Positions 10,217 to 18,338 of a stretch of 64,000 bases of DNA are shown here, in pieces. Location of the stretch: positions 1,248,001 through 1,312,000 of the forward strand of contig JBBCJC010000002.1 in NCBI GenBank assembly GCA_037189525.1. The letters run 5' to 3'. Position numbers and translations under genes: made by a program. The notes beneath the pieces were generated by a model, which was not told the origin of the DNA, made no database searches, and worked only from the letters and a program-made list of their open reading frames with translations. Position 1 is the stretch's first letter. Each line of letters starts with the position of its first letter. The DNA comes from Gemmatimonadales bacterium (lineage in GTDB: Bacteria > Gemmatimonadota > Gemmatimonadetes > Gemmatimonadales > GWC2-71-9).

Positions 10217-11224
10217 CTAGCGATACCCCACCCGGTCCGCGAGCCGTACCGCGGCGGCCTGAGATTCCCCGGCCGCGGCCGTGCCGATATCGTCGGCCTT
10301 GAAGGTGCCGAACGTCGCCAGCAGCGCGTGCGGAGCTACCGCCTGGTTGACGGGGTACTCGAAGTTGCCGTCGCCGATGATCCGTTGCGCTTCGGGCGAG
10401 GTCAGGAACTCGAGCAGGGCAACGGCGTGATCGCGGTTCTTGGCGTGTGCCGTGACGCCCGCGCCGGAAATGTTGACGTGGACGCCGCTACCGGCTTGAT
10501 CGGCCCAGAACGGCGCCACCGGGAAGCCCGGCTTCTGATTGATGAGGCGGGCCAGGTAGTAGCTGTTGGTGATGCCGACATCGATCTGTCCCGCCGCAAT
10601 TGCTTCGAGCAACTTGCTGTCGCTGTCGAAGATCACCGGCTGATTGGCAACCCAGCCTTTGACGATCTGTTCGACCTGGGCCTCGCCGCTGCGTTTGATC
10701 CAGGAGGCCAGCAGCGACTGATTATAGATGTTGTTCGAACTGCGGAGACCGAGCCGCCCCTTCCACTTCGGATCGCCTAACGCCGCGTACGTCGACAGCT
10801 CCGCCGGTTTGACCCGCTCCGTGCTGTACATGATCGTGCGGGCGCGGACGGCAATGCCGAACCAGCGGTTTTCCGGATCGCGCAGGTGCGCGGGAACGTT
10901 GGCCGAGAGGGTCCGCGACTGGATCGGGGCCAGCAACCCCGCTCGGGCGGCGTTCCAGAGGTTACCGGCATCGACGGTGATCAGCAGGTCCGCCTTGGTA
11001 CGCGGCCCCTCTGCTCGCAGCCGTTCGAACACCTCGTTGTTGTTGCCCGAGAAAAATTCGACTCGGATTCCGGTCCGCTTGGTAAACTCGGCGAAGACCG
11101 GCTCCGAGCCGTAGTGTGAGCGAGATGAATAGACGTGGACGACCTTGCCCTGTGCGCCAGCCTCGGCGCCGACGGACGACAGGGCCACGACAGAGAGCGC
11201 AGCGAAACGAAGCGGGGCAGACAC
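10217..11224 (-). CDS. Fe3+ ABC substrate-binding protein (FutA/FbpA)
   Basis: VYSSRSHY, ADLLITVDAGNL, RSSNNIYNQSL, NSYY (Tyr ligands), HVNISGAG, NFEYPV; GTG start with a GAGGAG RBS. Confidence 0.9.
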   Translation of the reverse strand: MSAPLRFAALSVVALSSVGAEAGAQGKVVHVYSSRSHYGSEPVFAEFTKRTGIRVEFFSGNNNEVFERLRAEGPRTKADLLITVDAGNLWNAARAGLLAPIQSRTLSANVPAHLRDPENRWFGIAVRARTIMYSTERVKPAELSTYAALGDPKWKGRLGLRSSNNIYNQSLLASWIKRSGEAQVEQIVKGWVANQPVIFDSDSKLLEAIAAGQIDVGITNSYYLARLINQKPGFPVAPFWADQAGSGVHVNISGAGVTAHAKNRDHAVALLEFLTSPEAQRIIGDGNFEYPVNQAVAPHALLATFGTFKADDIGTAAAGESQAAAVRLADRVGYR

Positions 11225-11285
11225 GGGGACTCCTCGACGGTTGGCGAAAGCCACGGAAGTGTGATCGAATCTCGTTTCCATGTAT

Positions 11286-11301
11286 TGAGAATGAGACTCA
11301 T
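11286..11301. promoter_or_regulatory. Fur-box-like operator
   Basis: TGAGAAT-G-AGACTCA resembles the 7-1-7 Fur core and contains the dyad ATGAG-A-CTCAT; about 60 bp upstream of the Fe3+ binding-protein gene. Confidence 0.65.
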
Positions 11302-11508
11302 CTTTTATTGCTCTCGCGCACCATTGTCGCTCTACCCGACTATCCCGTCAAGCTCCCTCCCTTATCGCCCGTGGGTCAGGCCCAGGGCGCTGCTCTACCC
11401 GGTGTCCCGCATTGTTTTATCGGCGGTGGAGAAGACTCTACCGAGGACAGAAGGGGCGATGACGATCTGCGGCTCCTGACGCAGGTCCCGAAGCTTGGCG
11501 GAGCAAGA

Positions 11509-11557
11509 CCCCTTGCACTTCTACAGGGCGACGATACTCTTGTAGAAGTACAAGGGG
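11509..11557. promoter_or_regulatory. Paired palindromic operators upstream of padR
   Basis: CCCCTTGCACTTCTACAGG and CTTGTAGAAGTACAAGGGG are inverted copies of each other; the right arm is itself a CTTGTA-N4-TACAAG dyad abutting the RBS. Confidence 0.7.
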
Positions 11558-11562
11558 ACGTT

Positions 11563-11892
11563 ATGAACGAACGACTCGACCTCCCGCAGGGCACCCTCGA
11601 CCTGCTCATCCTCCGGGTGCTTTCGACCGGTCCGTTACACGGATGGGCGGTGTCCGAGCGGATCAGCCAGGTCTCGCAAGCCGCGCTGCAGATCCCGCAA
11701 GGGTCGCTCTATCCCGCGCTGCATCGGTTGGAACGCCGAGGCTGGATCAGCGCGGAGTGGGGCGCGTCGGAAAACAACCGCAAGGCCAAGTACTACGACC
11801 TGACCCGCTCGGGCCGGTGTCGGCTGGAGGAGGAGGCCCGGGAATGGGCCCGTCTCACCACCGCGGTTTCCCTGGTGCTCGACCTGGCCTGA
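11563..11892 (+). CDS. PadR-family transcriptional regulator (acidobacterial type)
   Basis: QGTLDLLILRVL, PLHGW, QGSLYPALHRLE, WGASENNRKAKYY; true start is ATG 11563 inside the longer ORF. Confidence 0.93.
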   Translation: MNERLDLPQGTLDLLILRVLSTGPLHGWAVSERISQVSQAALQIPQGSLYPALHRLERRGWISAEWGASENNRKAKYYDLTRSGRCRLEEEAREWARLTTAVSLVLDLA

Positions 11893-11908
11893 TCGCCGAG
11901 GTGTCGTC

Positions 11909-14617
11909 ATGCTGAGCGAGTTGTGGAGCGATATCCGGTATCGGTTGCGGGCCGTGTTCCGCCGGCGAGCGGTTGAGCGCGAACTCGACGACGAGGTCGC
12001 CTTCCATTTGGAGCGGGAAACCGAGAAGCTCGTGGCGACGGGGCTATCGCGGGCCGAGGCCTATCGGCATGCGCGGCTTGCGTTCGGCGGCGTCGACCGG
12101 ATCAAGGAAGAGAGTCGCGACGCCCGCGGGATCTCCTGGCTGCAGATGCTCGGTCAGGATCTCCGCTACGCTGTGCGCGGCTTGCGGAACAGTCCCGGGT
12201 TCACGGCGGCGGTCGTTGGTACCCTGGCGCTGGGCATCGGCGCCAACGCCGCGATGTTCGGCATCGTCGATCGGCTCCTTTTCCGTACCCCTGCGTTTCT
12301 CGAAGAGCCAGGCCGGGTGCATCGTGTCTACCTCGAGACGCAGCATCGAGGGCAGGCCATCACCAACAGCAGCATTCCTTATACCCGTTATCTCGACCTC
12401 CAGCGGTGGACCTCGTCGCTGGAGCGGATGGGAGCCGTATTCAGCCTCCGGACCGCGGTGGGCACGGGCGATGATGCCCGCGAAATGTCGGTTCTCGCGA
12501 TGAGCGCGTCGGTCTGGGACTTCTTCGACGGCCCGCCCGTCCTGGGTCGCTATTTCCGCGAAGCCGAAGACGTTCCCCCCGAAGGTGCGCCCGTCGCGGT
12601 TCTGAGTCATGGCCTGTGGCAGTCGCGATACGGCGGCAGGGCGGATGTGTTGGAGACGCAACTTCAGATCGGCGCGTTGAACTACACGATCATCGGTGTT
12701 GCGCCGCCCGGGTTCGACGGCCCGGAGGATGGTCGGGATGGCCGACCGCCGGTGCTCTTCATTCCGATCACCTCGTACGCCGGCACAACAGCTGACCGGA
12801 GCACGTACTATCAGACCTACAGTTGGGATTGGATGGAGTTCCTGGTGCGGCGCAAGCCGGGCATCTCGGCCGCAGCAGCGTCTGCCGAGCTGACGGGAGC
12901 GTTCGAACGGAGCTACGAGGCGGCGCGGACCCGGAGCCCGACGATGACGCCCATCGAGATTGCCCGCCCGCGGGCCGTGCTGGCCCCGATCCAGCCCGAG
13001 CGCGGGCCCAATCAGAGCGCGGTCTCGAAGGTTGCGCGGTGGGTCAGCGGGGTCGCGCTGATCGTGCTGGTCATCGCCTGCGCCAATGTCGCTAACCTGC
13101 TCCTGGCGCGCGCGGCGGGTCGCCGTCGGGAGATCGGCCTTCGTCTGGCGCTCGGGGTGAGCCGGGCTCGGCTTGCCTCCCAGCTGCTCACCGAGAGCCT
13201 GCTGCTGGCCGCGTTAGGCGGCCTCGCGGGCTTCGGCGTCGCTCGGCTCGGGGGAACGGTGCTCGCGCGGCTCTTCCTGCCCGACCTGGGCGGCGCGAGT
13301 TCGGTCACCGACTGGCGGACCGTCGGCTTCGCGTCGCTGGCGACACTCCTCGCCGGTCTCGCGACCGGCCTCGCGCCGATCCTGCAGACCCGTCGTGCCG
13401 GCGTGGCAGACGCTCTCACACTCGGAGCCCGCTCCGGGACCTATCGCCGGTCTCGCGCCCGCGACGCGCTCCTGGTGACGCAAGGTGCGCTCTCGGTGGT
13501 GCTCCTGGTGGGCGCGGGGCTCTTCCTCAGGAGCCTCGACCACGTGCGCTCGCTGCGCCTGGGGTACGACGTCGATCAGGTGATGTTCGTGAACGCCCGG
13601 TTGCGGGGTGTTTCCCTCGATGACGAGCAGGGTGCGGAGCTCAAACGCCGGCTGCACCAGGTTGCGCTCACGGCCATTCCCGAGGTGACGAACGCGGCGC
13701 TCACGGCCTCGGTCCCGTTCTGGATGGGCCGGTCCCGCTCGCTCTTCGTCGAAGGGGTCGACTCGGTCGAGCGGCTGGGCCGCTTCAGCCTGAACGCGGT
13801 ATCGCCTGAATATTTCACGACGATGGGCACCCGGTTGCTGCGCGGCCGCGGCATCAGCCGCGAAGACCGGGCCGACGCGCCACCGGTAATGGTGGTGAGC
13901 GAGCAGATGGCCGCCGCACTCTGGCCGGGCCAGGATCCGATTGGCCACTGCGTCCGGGTCCGATTCGAGACCGAGCCGTGCACCACGGTGATCGGCGTGG
14001 TCGAGGACATCAAGGAAAGCCAGATCAGCACCAACGCCGAGCGCCAATACTACCTCTCGGCGGAGCAGTTCGGGCCGCAACACACGAGTCTCTTCGTGCG
14101 CGTCGGAGGCAAAGCGACCGATCACCTCGAAGCGGTCCGGGCGCGGCTCCAGCAGGAGATGCCTGGAGCAAGTTATGTGACGGTGATGCCGTTCCGAGAT
14201 GTCGTTGGTCCGCAGCTTCGCTCCTGGGAGCTCGGCGCCACCATGTTTCTGGTGTTCGGCGGGCTGGCCGTGCTGCTCGCCGGGATCGGGCTCTACAGTG
14301 TGATTGCCTATCACGTCGTGCAGCGTCGCCGGGAGCTGGGCGTTCGGATCGCGCTGGGCGCGTCGACCGGCAGCATGCTCAGACTGGTGGTGAGCGAGGG
14401 TGTCCGATTCGCGGCCCTGGGCGTGATAATCGGGGCCGTGATTGCGCTTGCTGCGGGTCGATGGGTTGGCCCGCTCTTGTTCGAGCAGTCGCCGCGTGAT
14501 CCCGTGGTGTTCGGCGGGGTGGCCTTGCTCCTCCTCGCGGTTGCGGCAGCGGCAAGCGCGATCCCCGCCCATCGGGCGACACGTCTCGACCCCAATACCG
14601 TGCTTCGGGCCGAATAG
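11909..14617 (+). CDS. ADOP-type duplicated MacB/FtsX ABC permease
   Basis: Permease prefix (ELDDEVAFHLE..ARLAFGG), QDLRYAVRGLR.SPGF, LVIACANVANLLLAR, QRRRELGVRIALGA, terminal LRAE; follows padR. Confidence 0.92.
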   Translation: MLSELWSDIRYRLRAVFRRRAVERELDDEVAFHLERETEKLVATGLSRAEAYRHARLAFGGVDRIKEESRDARGISWLQMLGQDLRYAVRGLRNSPGFTAAVVGTLALGIGANAAMFGIVDRLLFRTPAFLEEPGRVHRVYLETQHRGQAITNSSIPYTRYLDLQRWTSSLERMGAVFSLRTAVGTGDDAREMSVLAMSASVWDFFDGPPVLGRYFREAEDVPPEGAPVAVLSHGLWQSRYGGRADVLETQLQIGALNYTIIGVAPPGFDGPEDGRDGRPPVLFIPITSYAGTTADRSTYYQTYSWDWMEFLVRRKPGISAAAASAELTGAFERSYEAARTRSPTMTPIEIARPRAVLAPIQPERGPNQSAVSKVARWVSGVALIVLVIACANVANLLLARAAGRRREIGLRLALGVSRARLASQLLTESLLLAALGGLAGFGVARLGGTVLARLFLPDLGGASSVTDWRTVGFASLATLLAGLATGLAPILQTRRAGVADALTLGARSGTYRRSRARDALLVTQGALSVVLLVGAGLFLRSLDHVRSLRLGYDVDQVMFVNARLRGVSLDDEQGAELKRRLHQVALTAIPEVTNAALTASVPFWMGRSRSLFVEGVDSVERLGRFSLNAVSPEYFTTMGTRLLRGRGISREDRADAPPVMVVSEQMAAALWPGQDPIGHCVRVRFETEPCTTVIGVVEDIKESQISTNAERQYYLSAEQFGPQHTSLFVRVGGKATDHLEAVRARLQQEMPGASYVTVMPFRDVVGPQLRSWELGATMFLVFGGLAVLLAGIGLYSVIAYHVVQRRRELGVRIALGASTGSMLRLVVSEGVRFAALGVIIGAVIALAAGRWVGPLLFEQSPRDPVVFGGVALLLLAVAAAASAIPAHRATRLDPNTVLRAE

Positions 14618-14646
14618 CGGACCTGTCGCCCTTCGCAGCTTGCGTT

Positions 14647-15729
14647 TCAGCGCCGATAGGTCGAATCCAGCACTGCCAGCGTGCGTAGCGCCCGGGCCGA
14701 CAGGCCACGGGGCAGGGTCGTGTCTTGCGCTGCCACCTCACCGTAGAGCCGCCAGAAGGCGGGCGGATCGCCCACCGTCCGGTTGAGGGCGTCGCGGCCC
14801 CGTCGCTGCTCGATGGCGGAGGCCATGAACGCGCCGAGTATCCGGCCGTTGTCGGGCAGCTCACGATGGAGCCACGGGCCGAGGACGGCGGCGGAATCGG
14901 GGTGCGCACCGATGGTCTCCAGAACCCGCTCGGTCTGTCGCAGTCGATGGTTGCTGCGCTCGTTGTGCTCGATCTGGTAGGTCAGGAAGTATTCCTGGTA
15001 CATCGGCCGCTTATAGCGGCGACGGATCGAATCGGGCGAAAGCTCCGGAACGACCGCTTTGTCGAGCAGACCGGGAATGCCCTCCGTTTCCACGGTCGAG
15101 AGCACCCAGGCCAGCAGATCGTTGCCATAGTTGCGATGTGGCGGTGGCAGCGTGGCACGATAATAGTGATGGAATTCGTGAGCCATGACCTCGATCGGAT
15201 TGGGAAGCTCGAGGAAATAGAGCGGGTCGATCAGCAGGCGCTCCTGATAGCCTCGCGCATCGAGGAAGTACACCAGGGACATATTCGGGATCGGTGCGCG
15301 GCTGACGGTTTCGGGCGGCAGGTACCGTTGCGCCAGGGCCGCTCCCCGGTCCATCGCGCCGCGGTCCAGGCTCGCCACGAAGCGGGACAAGGTATCCCGG
15401 TGCTCGGGGATCCGGCTCATATGGGCAACCGCCCGCGCGAGCCAGTTCTCCTCTCGGAGCGCCGCCTCCTTTTCGGAGCGGAGTGACGGCCGAAACGCCA
15501 GGCGCATCGCCCGGGTCAGCGCGGTGCGGCGCCGTTCGCGGGTCTCCAGCAGCGCGTAGCCAGGGGTTGCCCACAGCGCATTCCAGATGCTGTCGGACGG
15601 CTCACGATCGTCATGCAGGATCTCGTACACCTGCCAGAAGCGGTCGAGCGAGGAGGTGTCGAGTCCCGTTTGAGTCTCCGCGGGATCGCACACCAGGATC
15701 AGGGCCAGCAATACGATGAGGATTGGCAT
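14647..15729 (-). CDS. Secreted putative Zn-dependent peptidase (DUF5700-like)
   Basis: Hydrophobic N-terminus, HExxH (AHEFHHY) with a downstream ETEG third-ligand motif. Confidence 0.65.
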   Translation of the reverse strand: MPILIVLLALILVCDPAETQTGLDTSSLDRFWQVYEILHDDREPSDSIWNALWATPGYALLETRERRRTALTRAMRLAFRPSLRSEKEAALREENWLARAVAHMSRIPEHRDTLSRFVASLDRGAMDRGAALAQRYLPPETVSRAPIPNMSLVYFLDARGYQERLLIDPLYFLELPNPIEVMAHEFHHYYRATLPPPHRNYGNDLLAWVLSTVETEGIPGLLDKAVVPELSPDSIRRRYKRPMYQEYFLTYQIEHNERSNHRLRQTERVLETIGAHPDSAAVLGPWLHRELPDNGRILGAFMASAIEQRRGRDALNRTVGDPPAFWRLYGEVAAQDTTLPRGLSARALRTLAVLDSTYRR

Positions 15730-15775
15730 GGTGGTTCCGGGTGATGGTCACAGATAGACCCGCCATCGCCCGAAA

Positions 15776-15815
15776 GGGTTGCTTTGCCGGCCGAGCGGAC
15801 CGGCAGAGCAGACCC
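15776..15815 (-). terminator. Hairpin downstream of the DUF5916 gene
   Basis: Minus strand GGGTCTGCTCTGCCGGTCCG-CT-CGGCCGGCAAAGCAACCC followed by TTT. Confidence 0.5.
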
Positions 15816-15826
15816 GTACTGCGGCG

Positions 15827-18157
15827 CTACATCCGGAAGAGGTAACTCCCTTTGACGAAGAATCCGTCGCCGGTGCGCTGGAGGTCCGCCAGCTTGAAGC
15901 GGCCGGTGTCGCGATAGCTGCCGCCATAACCCGCAAAGAATACGGTGCCCGGTGTCGGCTGCAGCGAGAAGAGGAAGTCGGCCCGGAGCCCGTTCGATTC
16001 GCGCCGGGTGGCCCGCTGGTAGCCGCCGGCCGCGTTGCGGATCAGGATCGGATCGTCGCTCCGGCCGTCATCGCGCAACGCATCCCGCCGGGCCGCCTGA
16101 TACTCACCGACGACCCGGAGGAAGAGCGCCCGGTTGATCTGATATTCGAGCCGGAGCCGGGGAATGTGGGTGACCGAGACTGTGGTGCCGTCGGTCCGGC
16201 GCTGATAGTCGGACAGGATGTAGGTGCCGTAGACGCGGAGTTGGCTGGTGGGCCGAAACTGGACCGTCGAGTTGATGAAGAAGATCTTGGCCGGTGACCA
16301 CTCGTCGTAGTTGACGTCGTTGCCGTAGTAGCCGCCCAGGCTGCCCTGGAACGGCCCGACCCACGGGGTCACCAGCGTGCCGCTGGTACCGTAGTTGGTG
16401 ATCGTGCCGCTTCCGGGATACGGAGCAATCGTGTCGACGATGCCGCCCCCGAGTTGGCGCTCCACGGCGTAGTCGCGATAGAGGCGGTGATCGTAGCCGA
16501 AGCCTTCGAGCCAGTTGAAGATATCGAGCGCCCAGCCGCCGCGGAACTCGATGTTCCCGGTCACGAAGAACTGCCGGTCGAGCAAACCGCGTCCCGAAAC
16601 GAAGTCGTCATAGATCCAGCGGCCCTGGAACCGGATCGCTCCCGTAGCGCGCCCGATAAACGCCCCCGGCTTGCCGTAGACCGTGTACGATGGCCGGAAA
16701 CCCAGGCTCACGGCGTCGGGCTGACTGATGAATCCGGCCGCGGCGACGAACTCGTCGCTGACCCCCTCGAAGGTGGCATCGAATCCGAAGTTCCGTCCTG
16801 CGCGGCGAACGTCGACCTCCCAGAGCGGCGCCGTCACGCTCTGTCCCAGGCGGGATGTCACGCTGCCCACCAACTGCGCCGAGACAGCCAGCTGGCCGGG
16901 GAGGACGATGCGGGTATCGATGCCGGCCAACTGGCTGCTGTTCTCGGGTTCGAATCGCCCGGTGTATACCACTCCGAGCCGGGATCCCCCGCCCAGATCA
17001 CGCTGCAGCCGGGCGATCGCAAAGAACGGATTGTCCTCGCGGGTCCGCGAGAGTTCGCGTCCGTCGAGCGCCATCATCGTAGCAACCGTGGTGCCGGCAA
17101 CCTTGCCTGTCAGCTTGGTCGCCGCGACAGGAGCCACGATCTGGCGGGAGTAGATCAGCTGATTGGGCGTCGAGAACTGCTCGATCCCCTCCAGGAAGAA
17201 CGGCCGCTTTTCCGCGAAGAACAGGGCGCGGCGAGGGTCGGTGATGATCTGGCTCGCGTCGGCCTCGACCTGGGAAAAATCCGGGTTGTACGTCCCGTTG
17301 AGCGTTAGGTTGGGCGTGATTCCCCAGCGCACGTTGGCGCCGAACTCGGCGGCGTCATCGTAACTCCAACTGCCGGGACGTCCCGGATCGGGAGCGCCGG
17401 TTGCGCGCGCCGTGATGACCGGGTTCAGGTCCATCACCAACCCGCGACGCAGGCCGGTCAGTCCCTGGAGCGTCCCCGACTGTCCCAGAAACGACGGGGC
17501 GGCGCGGACGGCCGGCACCCAGGAGTACTCGTGTCCGGTGGCCTGAACCCTCCGAATGATGTGGAGGCCCCAGTCCTGCGGGTCGTCGGACTGATACCGC
17601 AGGGTCTTGAAGGGAATCCGGATCTCGATCTCGAACCCCTCCGCGGTCAGGCGACCCTGCGAACTGTAGACGTAGTCCGGACTCAGGTCGGTGCCCTCCC
17701 GTCCCCCCGCGTTCTGTCGGCCCTCCTCGGCCATGGCGCCGTCTTGCTGCACACCGAGCGGATTGACTGCGAAGACGAGTGCCTGGTGTCCGTCATTGTA
17801 GGTGCCCAGGTAGAACTCGATCCGGTCCTCTTCGCCCAGGCGGTCGCGGTTGGCCAGGGTGGCGCGGACCGTACCTGGCGCGGCCTTGGCACGGACCCCG
17901 AAATGCAGTGCCGTCGGAGAGTACCAGACCAGGATCTCCGTTTCCTGCTCAGCCGGCCGGCGATCCGCCGGCGCGTACTGGGAGAACCCGGTCAGGCGGG
18001 CCGCCCGCTGCCAGACCGGTTCGGTCAGCACGCCATCGACCTCGATCTCGGCCTCGATCCGGGGCGGTGCAAACCGGACCTGACCTGCGGTGCCGACGTA
18101 GGGTGGCGTGAGGGTATCCGAAACAGCCCCGGTCAGGGCGAGTACGAGTGCGAGCAT
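15827..18157 (-). CDS. CBM9-like N-domain plus DUF5916 outer-membrane protein
   Basis: IEVDGVLTEPVW, FAVNPLGVQQD, IEIRIPFKTLRY, TYNPDFSQVEAD, EKRPFFLEG, C-terminal FFVKGSYLFR. Confidence 0.8.
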   Translation of the reverse strand: MLALVLALTGAVSDTLTPPYVGTAGQVRFAPPRIEAEIEVDGVLTEPVWQRAARLTGFSQYAPADRRPAEQETEILVWYSPTALHFGVRAKAAPGTVRATLANRDRLGEEDRIEFYLGTYNDGHQALVFAVNPLGVQQDGAMAEEGRQNAGGREGTDLSPDYVYSSQGRLTAEGFEIEIRIPFKTLRYQSDDPQDWGLHIIRRVQATGHEYSWVPAVRAAPSFLGQSGTLQGLTGLRRGLVMDLNPVITARATGAPDPGRPGSWSYDDAAEFGANVRWGITPNLTLNGTYNPDFSQVEADASQIITDPRRALFFAEKRPFFLEGIEQFSTPNQLIYSRQIVAPVAATKLTGKVAGTTVATMMALDGRELSRTREDNPFFAIARLQRDLGGGSRLGVVYTGRFEPENSSQLAGIDTRIVLPGQLAVSAQLVGSVTSRLGQSVTAPLWEVDVRRAGRNFGFDATFEGVSDEFVAAAGFISQPDAVSLGFRPSYTVYGKPGAFIGRATGAIRFQGRWIYDDFVSGRGLLDRQFFVTGNIEFRGGWALDIFNWLEGFGYDHRLYRDYAVERQLGGGIVDTIAPYPGSGTITNYGTSGTLVTPWVGPFQGSLGGYYGNDVNYDEWSPAKIFFINSTVQFRPTSQLRVYGTYILSDYQRRTDGTTVSVTHIPRLRLEYQINRALFLRVVGEYQAARRDALRDDGRSDDPILIRNAAGGYQRATRRESNGLRADFLFSLQPTPGTVFFAGYGGSYRDTGRFKLADLQRTGDGFFVKGSYLFRM

Positions 18158-18338
18158 GGCGATCCGACGAAGGAGTTGGGTTCGAGGGCCCAGGTCGAGC
18201 CGGCCCCTAAAAGTACCCATACGGATACCGGGGCCGCTTAGTGCCGAGCGGAGACGGGTGATCTATCTTGTCTGGCTGGGCGTCCCGACGCCCGGATTTC
18301 GGTACCATCCTCCCCGAGACCTTCGACCTGGACTGCCG

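Noticed and set aside
11116..11562. Long N-terminal extension of PadR; similar extensions on M14, XerC, HmgL and the ABC ATPase
   Set aside because: These come from longest-ORF calling; family homology begins at downstream starts that have an RBS or a stop-start overlap.
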